Assembly (NCBI GenBank): GCA_963707985.1
Contig: CAVPRW010000031.1
Coordinates: 320,001-384,000 of the forward strand
Direction: 5' to 3'
DNA length: 64,000 nt
Origin: an uncultured Nitrospinota bacterium
Lineage (GTDB): Bacteria; Tectomicrobia; Entotheonellia; J063; CAVPRW01
The notes under the pieces were generated by a model. That model had not been told where the DNA came from. It ran no database searches and saw only the letters and a list, made by a program, of their open reading frames with translations. The position numbers and the translations under genes are program-made. Positions 22,037 through 31,338 of this stretch are shown here, piece by piece (the stretch's first letter is position 1; each line of letters starts with the position of its first letter).

Positions 22037-22737
22037 AGGGTAGGTGACCGGCGCATCGGGATTGCCCCACTAGAGCTAACCGCCCCTGGGTATCGGCTCC
22101 CGTAGAAGTGGCGAGCACCGAAACAGACCCCATCCTCTGAGTTGTTAGGGTGCTGCCTGGATGGCAGGCGGCATGCTGGTGTTGGAAGTCGTGGCGGGCC
22201 GTGGCCAAACTCGACGCATGCGTGCCCGCATGCGCCTGGCAACAGTACAGGCGGCTCAAGCTGCGCACGAGACCCGGGGTCCCTTTCCACACTGGGGCGT
22301 GGCACTGCGGGCAGTACCTGGTCAAGAGTAGGGTCAGCCAGTGTGCGGGCATACGTCTTCTTTCTGGGCCATGGTTCGGTGGGCCCTGTGAGCCGCACAT
22401 GAGGGCTCCCGGCCAGCCCCTCGATTGCGCCTGGTGGCGAGACCTCTCCGCCTCTCTGTCCACCCTTCTTCCTGATATGAGACGCAAGGCAAGAGCCATG
22501 CCCGCTCGGATCATCGAGGCTACGCCACAGACATCCTTCAGCCAGCATTCGCGAGCCGCACGGGTGGAACGGCATGGCCGCCGCTGTGCAGACGCACACA
22601 CAATGGTTAGCAGTACACATCACAACCCTCGGCAACAGATCCTGGGTCTTCGTCATGATTGGGAAAACGATTGGGTAGCCCTGGATCGCATAGATGTCAT
22701 CGTGTGCCATCTCTATGCTGAACTTTCTGGCCTACAA

Positions 22738-22859
22738 TGTCACCAAAAGTGATACTGCTGGCGAAGTCAGAAACAAGCATGATTCAAGGGCAGCATGCGC
22801 TTGTAACCTCAGTTTGCCACTCAGCTAGCCACCGCAAAAATGACTTCGCCAGCAGTATC
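22738..22859. mobile_element. Second, inverted copy of the same end or IR element
   Basis: TGTCACCAAAAGT followed by a perfect 19-bp IR GATACTGCTGGCGAAGTCA (22751-22769 and 22841-22859). Confidence 0.7.
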
Positions 22860-22940
22860 ACTCATGGTGAGAGGAGTGGGGGCAGACGCGGTATTATGAG
22901 AGATGGTGGCTCATGTACGGGTAGATACGTCTGATGGGAG

Positions 22941-23252
22941 ATGGACGATCGCGAGCGATCGCGACTCGCGGCCGACCAGGAGGCCGTAATGGCAGGACCA
23001 GAGAAAGACGCCCATGTCGCCTTGATGGCCGCACGCGACCCGCACGTCCGCGCCCTGCTGGACCAGGGCTTTGAATTCGTTATGAACGCGTTGAAGGCGG
23101 GCGCGGTCCCGGCGGGCATGACAGCGAAGACGGACCGGGAGCACGTGCGCAGACTGCAACAGGAGGGGTATCAGGTCGAAGTGACCGCCGGGTATGACGA
23201 GCAGGGCCATCCCCGGCCGACGCTGAGTGCCATCTGGCGGAAGAAGCGCTAG
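22941..23252 (+). CDS. Hypothetical protein
   Basis: 103-aa ORF with GGGAG RBS and plausible codon usage; no family recognised. Confidence 0.5.
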   Translation: MDDRERSRLAADQEAVMAGPEKDAHVALMAARDPHVRALLDQGFEFVMNALKAGAVPAGMTAKTDREHVRRLQQEGYQVEVTAGYDEQGHPRPTLSAIWRKKR

Positions 23253-23383
23253 CAGATGGCGGATCCCTCCTTGATGATTCCAGCCGTGAGAGCCCAGGAG
23301 GCTGACTCACCACACGTGACGGAGACTCAGGAAATGTCGGCGAGAAGGCCATACCGCAGTGGATGCATCAGAGAGGTGACGTG

Positions 23384-23676
23384 ATGAGAGGCCCCATGGC
23401 TCGAAGGCGCTTTCTTCAACAGATGACGCGTGGCCTCGGCGTCACGGTGCTCGGGAGCTCCCTCGCCTGGGGGGCGTCGGCGCCGGCCGGGCCGCTGCAG
23501 CGAAAGACCGCAAGCGGTGACCTGCTTGAAACGGTGGCAAAAGGAGAGCTCCCGTCTTTTGCCCGCAAAGGCGGGCCGAAGGTCGAGGCAGTCTACCGCT
23601 ATGCGGTGGAACACGGAGAGACGTTGCAGTATATCCCGTGCGTGTGCGGCTGCGGGGGGGTTGGCCACCGGCCACC
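23384..23676 (+). pseudogene. PCYCGC-motif protein, 3'-truncated
   Basis: Tat-like RRRFLQ signal; ELPSFA...VYRYAVEHGETLQYIPCVCGCGGVGH, then an abrupt junction. Confidence 0.75.
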
Positions 23677-24120
23677 TTTGACGTGATTTTCAGCTTGGAT
23701 ACCTGGTGCCACATCCCACGGCGGGGCGCCTTGCTGCAGCGCTGTGCTACCCTGTTGCGTGCCGGGGGACGGCTGGCGTTCTACGACCATGTCCTCCGGC
23801 AGCCTCTACCGGAAGCGCAGCACCGGCGCTTCGGTACGTTGTGGCGGTATGCTGACCTGGAAACGCCGGCAAGTTATGCCGCGGCTGTACAGGCCGCTGG
23901 CTTGCACCTCTGTGTGCAGGACGTCACCTCTGCCGCGGCGGTGCGGTTCTACACCCGGTTCCTCACCCAGTACCGTGAGCGGCGTGCGGAGTTCGAGGCG
24001 GTGCGGGGATTTGCCCGCTATCAGGAAGGGCTCGAACGCCTGCGCATGAGCCAGCAGTTGGCAGCGGCGGGAATTCTCGGCCAAGTGGCCTATATCGCCG
24101 AGAAACCGGGCCACATCTGA
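23677..24120 (+). pseudogene. C-terminal fragment of a class I SAM-dependent methyltransferase
   Basis: ATFDVIFSLDTWCHIP...LLRAGGRLAFYD; lacks the N-terminal motif I. Confidence 0.7.
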
Positions 24121-24249
24121 CCAGAGACTCAAGTTTTCGACCAGTGCTCTTCCCATAAATTTTCCGGCATTTCCGGCTGGAGGGCCGAGCCGTGCACATC
24201 CCCCCTTACGCCCTTTCCTCTCGCGCCTAGGCCAAGCCCGCCGTTGTCT

Positions 24250-25016
24250 CTATGGACTGTAGCGTTCATAGAGCAGTTTGAGGAGGAGGAGCACCACCAC
24301 ACTCAGATAGATGGGGCGAACGACTCTGGCACCTCCCTTCATCACCAGGCGTGCCCCGAGCACCCCCCCAACCAGCTGACCGAGCGCCATCACGAGCCCG
24401 GCTGAAAGCCACACCGAGCCATACGCGAGAAACCACGTGAAGGCTGCCACGTTACTCGTGGCGTTCACGAGTTTCGCATACGCCGTGGCCTTCGCCAGGT
24501 TAAACCCCCGCCCGACCACAAACGCCGCCGCCCAGAGCGCTCCCGCCCCAGCGCCGATACACCCATCAAAGAACCCAAGCCCCAGGCCAGCGAGGAGATA
24601 AAACATGTGGCGTGACATCCTTGGCGGCGCATCTTCGACGCCCATCCGAGGCTGGCACACGCTAGAGAGCACGATGCCCAGAAGAACGAGCGGCAACAGG
24701 TCCTTGAGGAGCACCGGGTCAAGGCGCTCGACGGCTACCACTCCCGTCACTGCCCCCACCAACGTCCACGCTATGCCGATTCGCGCCTCGCTGAGGTCAA
24801 CCTGCCTGTGACGAACGAAGGTGTATGCCGCCGCCAGGGTGCCAACACTGGACTGGAGCATGTTGGTTCCTAAAGCCAGGTGCGGGGGAAGCCCACCGCC
24901 AGGAAGATGGGCAGCACCACCAGGCCACCCCCGCCAGTCACGGCATTGACCCAGCCGGCGACAAGGCCTGTAACCAAGAGGAGCGGGAACAACCAGAGAG
25001 CATCGAGTGTTGGCAT
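24250..25016 (-). pseudogene. TSUP/TauE-SafE family transporter, frameshift near 24880
   Basis: N-terminal AGWVNAVTGGGGLVVLP in one frame; QSSVGT...GFFDGCIGAGAG...AKLVNATSN in the next. Confidence 0.75.
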
Positions 25017-25070
25017 CACCGTCCCGATGTCGTGCCTCCTCCGGTCCAGGTGGGACCGCAGCCGTTACCG

Positions 25071-25334
25071 TTACTCCTGTCCAAGCCCAGCTGCTCTTAG
25101 CGTCTCTTCGTCAGGACCTCGCCCAGCACAGCAATCTGCCAGTTGGCCCTTGATGACCACCGCAGGCACCGAGCGGATGCCTATGCGCTTGGCCCGGCTC
25201 GCCACATCGGGTTGCTTCATATCGAGCACGGTGACCTCACAGGATGGACAGGCCACGCGGTTGACCAGCTCAATGGTGTCCTCGCATACGGGGCATCCCG
25301 CACTGAACATCTCAATCGTTCTCTTGGCGTTCAT
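25071..25334 (-). CDS. Thioredoxin/glutaredoxin-like small protein
   Basis: IEMFSAGCPVC, ACPSCEV, GIRSVPAVVIKGQLADCC; coupled to the merR stop. Confidence 0.85.
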   Translation of the reverse strand: MNAKRTIEMFSAGCPVCEDTIELVNRVACPSCEVTVLDMKQPDVASRAKRIGIRSVPAVVIKGQLADCCAGRGPDEETLRAAGLGQE

Positions 25335-25744
25335 CGTGTAACCTCCGTGGTATCTAACGACTCAAGAATCGGGCACTCCGTGAGAGGACCCTCTCCTGAG
25401 CACTCGGTCACCAGCTTCGAGAGGGCGCTCTTCATCGCCATGAGTGAGCCAATCTTCTCGTCGATATCTTTAATTTTGGCTTCCGCATGAGCGCGCATCT
25501 CGCCGCGCTCCGCCTCAGGGGCCGCTCGGAGGGAGAGCACCTCCCGAATTTCTTTGAGAGAGAACCCAAGCTCCTGGGCACGTTTAATGAACCGCACCCG
25601 CCGCACGGCGTCTTCAGGATACAGCCGGTCATTCGAGGTGCTCCGCGGGGGGTTCGCGATAAGCCCCCGGCGCTCATCGTAACGAAGTATCTCGATATGC
25701 ACCTTCGCTCGCTCGGCAACCTCTCCAATCGTGAGTCCGTTCAC
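25331..25744 (-). CDS. merR: MerR-family (Hg/heavy-metal) regulator, partly degenerate
   Basis: LTIGEVA...FIKRAQELGFSLKEI...C-x8-CPI; the first Cys ligand position appears to be Arg, and RYYE reads RYDE. Confidence 0.8.
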   Translation of the reverse strand: MNGLTIGEVAERAKVHIEILRYDERRGLIANPPRSTSNDRLYPEDAVRRVRFIKRAQELGFSLKEIREVLSLRAAPEAERGEMRAHAEAKIKDIDEKIGSLMAMKSALSKLVTECSGEGPLTECPILESLDTTEVTR

Positions 25745-25768
25745 GTTGTCTCTCCTCTGATCGTGAGG

Positions 25769-25800
25769 AGTCTACACCCTGGAGCTCGATACGGGGTCAA
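25769..25800 (-). promoter_or_regulatory. MerR-type long-spacer promoter/operator
   Basis: TTGACC-20 bp-TAGACT on the minus strand with an imperfect dyad in the spacer, directly upstream of merR. Confidence 0.75.
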
Positions 25801-25842
25801 GGGGAGAAGCGAAAATTTTTCGGTGAGGGTGACAAGCCGTAT

Positions 25843-26172
25843 TCAGCCTCGCGGCCAATACATGATGACCATCACACCGATGAGCGCCACACAGGCGCCG
25901 ATGAGGTCAAACCGGTCAGGGGTGACTCGGTCAACCTGCCATCCCCACAGAATCGACAGCGCGATGAACACGCCGCCATAGGCGGCATAGACGCGTCCGA
26001 AATTGGCGGGCTGCAACGTGGGGACCACACCGTAGAGCGTCAAGATGATTGCGCCAAGTGCGCCATACCAAAGACTCTTGCCCTCGCGCAACCACAGCCA
26101 GACGAGATAGCCGCCACCGATTTCACAGAGACCCGCCACGAGAAAGTACATGATGGAGAGCATGTGCTTCAT
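25843..26172 (-). CDS. ynfA: YnfA/UPF0060 membrane protein
   Basis: [21 protein letters not shown]...[13 protein letters not shown]...PDRFD. Confidence 0.92.
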   Translation of the reverse strand: MKHMLSIMYFLVAGLCEIGGGYLVWLWLREGKSLWYGALGAIILTLYGVVPTLQPANFGRVYAAYGGVFIALSILWGWQVDRVTPDRFDLIGACVALIGVMVIMYWPRG

Positions 26173-26179
26173 CAGGCGG

Positions 26180-26509
26180 TCACGCGCGGAGCAGCGTTTC
26201 GAGAAACGCTGTAGGGCCTTCGGGACCGGTAATCTCCAGTCATATGGGGCCACCCTCTGGTTCTATCGCCAACACAAAGCGGAGGAAGCGGCAGCACTGC
26301 CGCTCCGTGTTTATGGTTTCAGCCGCGGCGGTGAGGAACTCGCCGGAGGCAGCAAATCGCCACCGAACGCCATTCAGGATTGGCATCCGTTCAGCCGCCT
26401 GTGCCAGCAGGCCAGGTACGAGCGTGCCGCGTCGGGCTGTCATCTCGGCTCGAGTGAGTTCACAGGCCATAGGTAGGTCACGCACATCGTGTCCTCCGCT
26501 TGTGAGCAT
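26180..26509 (-). pseudogene. Cys-containing mer-associated hypothetical protein with an in-frame TGA at a probable Trp position
   Basis: LPMACEL...ERQCCRFLRF...[19 protein letters not shown]. Confidence 0.6.
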
Positions 26510-26583
26510 AGGGTTTCGCACGGGTGCTGCGCCGGGTAACCCCTTGTGCTTGCTGTCCCCGCTGTGTTCCCTTCATATGATGG

Positions 26584-27231
26584 TCACATGAGCAATCGAC
26601 TGAACGCTGCCTTTCCCACTCCGAGAGCTTCCAGCAGGCTCAGCATCGTGCCCCTCTCATGCAGACATGTCGCAAGCCATGCCTGAAGGTGTCCGTCGTC
26701 GCAGAAGAAATTCATCAGGGGGCATCGCACCTCCGCCACACAGCATCCGTCTCGCTCAGACCACCAGACCACGAGCGTCGACGGCTTGGCCTCACAGACC
26801 AAGCCGTCCTGGATATCCACGTGCACCGGCTTCTGACAAAAAAAGCACGAAGACCGAATGCGTCCCCCTTGGCCCAGCATACACGGAATACCCAGGGCAT
26901 CAATGGCACACATCGCAGAGAGCGTTCTGCCGCCTTCGATGAGCACCTGATGTGCTGTGGGAAGCCCGGAGAAGGGATACGCACTGACGATATACGCCTC
27001 GTCATCCCTCCAGACGATGAGGTCATGCCCTACAAGCGTGCGGCAGGCTTCTCGCACGGACTCAACGGCAACGCCGAGGACGTGTGCCAGCTCGTGCACC
27101 GTCGGTGCTCTCCCTTTCTCAGCAAAACCCCTGAGGATCGCTGTTCGGACGTCGTCCTCCTTGCGGCTTAACTGCGCTCTGGCAAGTCTCGCCACGATGT
27201 CGTTTCGTGTCCCTCCATGCGGCTTCGTCAT
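26584..27231 (-). CDS. merB: Alkylmercury lyase (MerB)-like protein
   Basis: N-terminal HTH; SAYPFSGLPTAH, AMCAIDALG, SSCFFC, RCPLMNFF. Confidence 0.8.
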   Translation of the reverse strand: MTKPHGGTRNDIVARLARAQLSRKEDDVRTAILRGFAEKGRAPTVHELAHVLGVAVESVREACRTLVGHDLIVWRDDEAYIVSAYPFSGLPTAHQVLIEGGRTLSAMCAIDALGIPCMLGQGGRIRSSCFFCQKPVHVDIQDGLVCEAKPSTLVVWWSERDGCCVAEVRCPLMNFFCDDGHLQAWLATCLHERGTMLSLLEALGVGKAAFSRLLM

Positions 27232-27255
27232 GCGGCTTCCCCTCCGGCACCTACC

Positions 27256-27525
27256 CTATGGGTGTTTCCCCAGTTGCGCCTGCATCCACTCAGGGTCAAA
27301 GCCGAGCCCTACCTCCTCACCAATCACCATGGTGGGAAAAACCCAGGTGCCTTGGGCTTTCTCTATCATCTCCTCCACCTTCGCCTCATCGGCACCGGTA
27401 TCAATCTCGGTGTAACGAATGCCAGCCTCCGAAAGCCACGCTTTCGCTTGCTCGCAGAAGAGTCACCCTGGAGCCGTATAGATGATTACCAAGGGCGACG
27501 ATAGTGTGTCCTCCTGCTGCGTCAC
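27256..27525 (-). CDS. Glutaredoxin/NrdH-like protein with UxxC (putative selenocysteine at in-frame TGA 27463-27465)
   Basis: MTQQEDTLSSPLVIIYTAPG-U-LFCEQAKAWLSEAGIRYTEIDT...VFPTMVIGEEVGLGFDP; 89 aa; hairpin CGAAAGC-GTG-GCTTTCG about 17 nt after the UGA. Confidence 0.75.
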
Positions 27526-27598
27526 AGTCCCCACCCCCTTTTTATTCCACTACAGAGAGCGTTGTGTATCGCAAAGCACATCGCGAGCGACGGCAGGG

Positions 27599-27630
27599 AT
27601 TTTACACCTTGCACCTAGGTTCAACGTCAA
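27599..27630 (-). promoter_or_regulatory. MerR-type promoter/operator for the grx-merB operon
   Basis: TTGACG-20 bp-TAAAAT with dyad TTGAACCTAGGTGCAA in the spacer. Confidence 0.8.
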
Positions 27631-27675
27631 GGGGAGATGCCAGATTTTTCTCTAGGAAATAACGGTGAAGCAGTT

Positions 27676-28095
27676 TTACGGGTGTGAGGCAGAAACAGCG
27701 GTCAGTCTATCGATGACGTGGCAGTGGCCACTCCATTCCGTCTCACGGCAGCGCTTGAGGGTCGCTTTCAGCGCGCGCTGGACAAGCCGTAAATCGCTCA
27801 TCCGCTTCTCAAGGTCCGAGAGGCGGTCTTCAATGAGAGCTTGGACGTCTTCGCAGATGTCAGTCGTCCCGTCCCGGAGATGAAAGAGGGCAGCGACATC
27901 TTCGAGCGTAAACCCCGTGGCCTGCGCTGAGCGAATGAAATGCAAACGCTCCAAGGCTTCTTCGCCGTAGAGCCGGTAATTTCCAACCGTCCGCGCCTCC
28001 GGCTGGAGCAGCCCAATCCGCTCGTAATAGCGCACCGTCGACGTAGGGACGCCCGCCGCTCGTGCTAACTGACCGATGGTATAGGTCGTTTCCAT
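27676..28095 (-). CDS. MerR-family heavy-metal regulator
   Basis: YTIGQLA...TVRYYERIGLL...NYRLY...GFTLEDV; three Cys (DICED, RCRE, GHCHVI). Confidence 0.9.
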   Translation of the reverse strand: METTYTIGQLARAAGVPTSTVRYYERIGLLQPEARTVGNYRLYGEEALERLHFIRSAQATGFTLEDVAALFHLRDGTTDICEDVQALIEDRLSDLEKRMSDLRLVQRALKATLKRCRETEWSGHCHVIDRLTAVSASHP

Positions 28096-28254
28096 ATCTT
28101 GAGGATACGGAACCTTATAGCGAAGTTCAAGCTTGGTCTACGAACCCGTCGCACATTCGTGCCTAACGTTTGGACTCACAAGAAGCTGTTGCACCATCCG
28201 ACAGAAGACGACAGGCCCTCGCAGTCGAAGAGGAGAGGGAAGACCGTCGTCTCG

Positions 28255-30411
28255 TCACCGCGAGGTCGGTGATGAAGCTTGACCACCCGAGCCAGCGCGC
28301 AACAGGCGCGACGAGTTAAGCATAATGGCGACGTCGGGCAGGCTCTGCGCAGCGGCGGCCCAGACAGGCGGTAAGAGTCCCAGGGCGGCAAGTGCAATGC
28401 CGATCACATTATAGAGTGCTGTGAAGCCGAGATTCTGGCGGATGGTGCGAGCTGCCCGGCGGCCGATCCGGAGTGCCTCAGGCACTAAGGCCCAGTCCTC
28501 GCGCATGAGCGCCACGTCTGCGGCTTCGATGGCCACATCAGTCCCGCCTCTGCCCATCGCCATTCCGACATCGGCTTGGGCCAGCGCCGGGGCGTCGTTC
28601 ACCCCGTCGCCGACCATCATCACGACAGCCCCCTCGGCCTGGAGCGTCTTGACGACGGCGATCTTGTCCTCGGGGAGGAGGTTGGCACGGGTCTCAAGGC
28701 CCAGCTCCTTCGCGAGAGCAGCGGCCACGCGCTCATTGTCCCCCGTTAAGAGGAGCAGGTGGCGTATGCCTAAGCGCTTGAGCTCGGCTAGCGCTTCCTT
28801 CACGCCGGGACGGAGCGTATCTCCGACGGCCACCAGACCTGAAACCCCCTGGCCGTCGGCCACAAAGAACACCGTCTTCCCCTGGGCTTCGAGCGCTTGG
28901 GCTTGCATCTCTTGGGTGTACTCGAGGGTGGCGCCGTGCTCGGCAAGGAGGCGGCGGTTACCGACCGCCCAGCGATGCCCATCGAGGGTGCCGAGCAGGC
29001 CCCGACCGGGGAGCGGCGTAAATGCTTCTGGCTCCGGCGGTACCAGCTGGCGCTCAGCCGCCGCCCGGAGGATGGCTTTCGCCAAAGGGTGTTCGCTCCG
29101 CGATTCAACCCCGGAGACGGCCCGCAGCAAGTCGCGCTCGGCTAGCCCGTTAAACGCCACCACGTCGGTGACCTGCGGTGTGCCGAGGGTGAGCGTGCCG
29201 GTCTTGTCCATGACGATGGTATCGACCCGCGCGAGCTGCTCAAGGCTGCTCCCGCCCTTGATCAGGAGCCCTCGCTTCGCGGCGTTCCCGACGCTTGCAA
29301 GGACCACGACGGGAGTCGCCAGCGCAATGGCGCACGCACACGCCACGACTAGTACAGCCACCGCGTTCACCACGCGGCCAGTGATAAGGTAGGTGATGAG
29401 GGCGAGGAGCAGGACAGCTGGCAAGTAGTAGGCGGAGAAACGGTCGGCGAAGCGTTGAACGGGGGCTTTGTGTGCCTCCGTCTCCTCGACCAGGCGTACG
29501 ATACGGGCGAAGGTGGTGTCGCTTCCGACTTTCGTGGCCTGCACCTTGAGAAAGCCCGCCTGAGCGACGGTGGCGGCAAAGACAGCATCACCTGGCGCCT
29601 TCTCTACGGGCACACTCTCGCCGGTGATGGGTGCTTGGTTCACCGGAGCGTCCCCGTCGAGCACCTGGCCATCGACGGGGATGCGCTCCCCAGGCCGGAT
29701 CACGACGACATCGCCCACTCGCACGTCTGAGACGGGCACTTCACGCTCCGTGCCGTCTTCAAGCAGGTGGGCGGTTGCGGGTTGAAGAGCGGTTAATTGC
29801 CTGAGTGCCTGACGGCTTCGCTCCGTGGTCAGTTCTTCAAGCCAATCGGCAAAGCGCATGAAGAAGACGATGAGCGCGGCGGTGGTCCACTGACCAATGG
29901 CGATGGAGGCGATGACCCCGGCCGTCATCAGCGTGTGGCTGGTGACCTGGCCACGCCGTGCCGCCCGCAGCACCCCATAGAAGACGCGCCAGCCCCCGAG
30001 CAGAATGGCCAGGGCGGGGAGCCACCAGGGCAGGCGCTCAAGGACTGCATCAAAGAGGCCAAGCCGCTCCCCGAGCGCGGCGACCATGACCACTGCCGCC
30101 ACCATCCCGAGGGCACCCCAGCCGATGATCTGGAGAACGTCTTGCCGCTTGGCTTCTGGCGGCTCGGTTGTGGCCGCCTCGCGCACGGTGTAGCCGGCCT
30201 TACCAATGGCGGCCTTGATCTCATCAGGCGTGACGCGCTCTGGGTCAAAGCGCACCGTGGCGCGCTCGGCGGTCACGAGCACCTGCACGTCAGAGACACC
30301 CGGCAGGGCCCGCACGCCCTGCTCGATGTGCCGAGCACATTCGGCGCAGTCCATCCCGCCGACAGGCAGCTCAAGGGTGGTCAGGCGTGGAGAGGGTGCT
30401 GGGCGTCTCAT
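28255..30411 (-). CDS. P1B-type heavy-metal ATPase with a non-canonical CAC motif
   Basis: HMA GMDCAEC, TGES, ACACAIALATP, DKTGTLT, SEHP, GDGVNDAP. Confidence 0.93.
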   Translation of the reverse strand: MRRPAPSPRLTTLELPVGGMDCAECARHIEQGVRALPGVSDVQVLVTAERATVRFDPERVTPDEIKAAIGKAGYTVREAATTEPPEAKRQDVLQIIGWGALGMVAAVVMVAALGERLGLFDAVLERLPWWLPALAILLGGWRVFYGVLRAARRGQVTSHTLMTAGVIASIAIGQWTTAALIVFFMRFADWLEELTTERSRQALRQLTALQPATAHLLEDGTEREVPVSDVRVGDVVVIRPGERIPVDGQVLDGDAPVNQAPITGESVPVEKAPGDAVFAATVAQAGFLKVQATKVGSDTTFARIVRLVEETEAHKAPVQRFADRFSAYYLPAVLLLALITYLITGRVVNAVAVLVVACACAIALATPVVVLASVGNAAKRGLLIKGGSSLEQLARVDTIVMDKTGTLTLGTPQVTDVVAFNGLAERDLLRAVSGVESRSEHPLAKAILRAAAERQLVPPEPEAFTPLPGRGLLGTLDGHRWAVGNRRLLAEHGATLEYTQEMQAQALEAQGKTVFFVADGQGVSGLVAVGDTLRPGVKEALAELKRLGIRHLLLLTGDNERVAAALAKELGLETRANLLPEDKIAVVKTLQAEGAVVMMVGDGVNDAPALAQADVGMAMGRGGTDVAIEAADVALMREDWALVPEALRIGRRAARTIRQNLGFTALYNVIGIALAALGLLPPVWAAAAQSLPDVAIMLNSSRLLRAGSGGQASSPTSR

Positions 30412-30848
30412 GGGTTCATTCCTTTTGGGTTCATTCCTTTTGGGTTCTTTCGGCTTTGGCGTCTCCCGCCGATGAGATAGCGCTTTTGAATGCCGACACG
30501 ACAGCGCCCGCCGTCACGAAGCTGCATGCGCGCTTCAAACCGGTGTTGATCCGCCGCGATGGCGTCGTCTGTCGCTGGGAGTATGGCCACGGCCTGGAGG
30601 AGCGCCCGGACAAACGCATGCTTTGCCGCAGCCACGGAGTAGTAGACCCAGCGTCCGTCTTTGGTGCCTTCGATGAGGCCTGCGGCCTCAAGGAGCTGGA
30701 GGTGGCGGGAGACATTGTATTGACGCTCCTCTAAGGCATCGACGAGCTCGCAGACACACATCGCCGTGTGGTTGATGAGGAGCAGTCGCATGATGCGCAG
30801 CCGGGTGTCGTCGGCCAGGGCCTTCAGGGCGTCGACGTAGGACTTCAC
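30408..30848 (-). CDS. ArsR/SmtB family metalloregulator
   Basis: LKALADDTRLRI...MCVCEL...VSRHLQLLEAAGLI...GRWVYY; the C-terminus carries a 15-bp tandem duplication (NPKGM repeated). Confidence 0.9.
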   Translation of the reverse strand: MKSYVDALKALADDTRLRIMRLLLINHTAMCVCELVDALEERQYNVSRHLQLLEAAGLIEGTKDGRWVYYSVAAAKHAFVRALLQAVAILPATDDAIAADQHRFEARMQLRDGGRCRVGIQKRYLIGGRRQSRKNPKGMNPKGMNP

Positions 30849-30908
30849 AGGTTCCTCCTAAAGGGCGGATCAGAGACCGTGCGAAAAAGGAATCACCACT
30901 TCATATGC

Positions 30909-30939
30909 TAGTATATATGCGCAACTACGCAACTATCAA
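30909..30939 (-). promoter_or_regulatory. Promoter with a putative ArsR operator
   Basis: TTGATA-18 bp-TATACT on the minus strand; imperfect dyad ATAGTTGCG...CGCATATAT. Confidence 0.55.
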
Positions 30940-31338
30940 GCTAGGCCCGTCGAAAAGAGAAGCTGACCTTTGGATGAAGGGCTTTACCGCACAACTTTTG
31001 GGCGAGGCCTCCCTTCAGGAGGTGGCTGAAGGCGGTGGGGCATTTCCAGGCTCATCGTCAGATGAGGACAATCACGAGCATCGGGCCGCTGAGGACCTGA
31101 GGGGGTCAAACCGGGCCACCACTGAGTCTGTTGGGTAAGTCAAACACCCCCGAAAACCGGGCTTGTATAGAATATTGGAAGGGCACAGGGATCGCCTACA
31201 TGCCGCCGGTAGCCTTGACTCCCGTGGTGGTGGAGGGTTAGACTGCCGCGCGCTGAAGGGTTCCACGACTCGATTCGGCAATCTGATCGACGTTCGCCGA
31301 CTGCACCCGGCGAGGCTCTGCCTGCTATAGGGTAAGAT

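Noticed and set aside
22074..22150. attC-like CTAAC...GTTAGGG pair
   Set aside because: No internal L-box complementarity, no integrase and no cassette array.
26240..26242. Second possible Sec codon
   Set aside because: The TGA falls at a probable Trp position (GGPI-W-LEITGP), not in a Cys redox motif; a nonsense mutation is more likely.
30411..30448. 15-bp tandem repeat at the arsR/ATPase junction as a regulatory array
   Set aside because: A simple in-frame slippage duplication of about 2.5 units.
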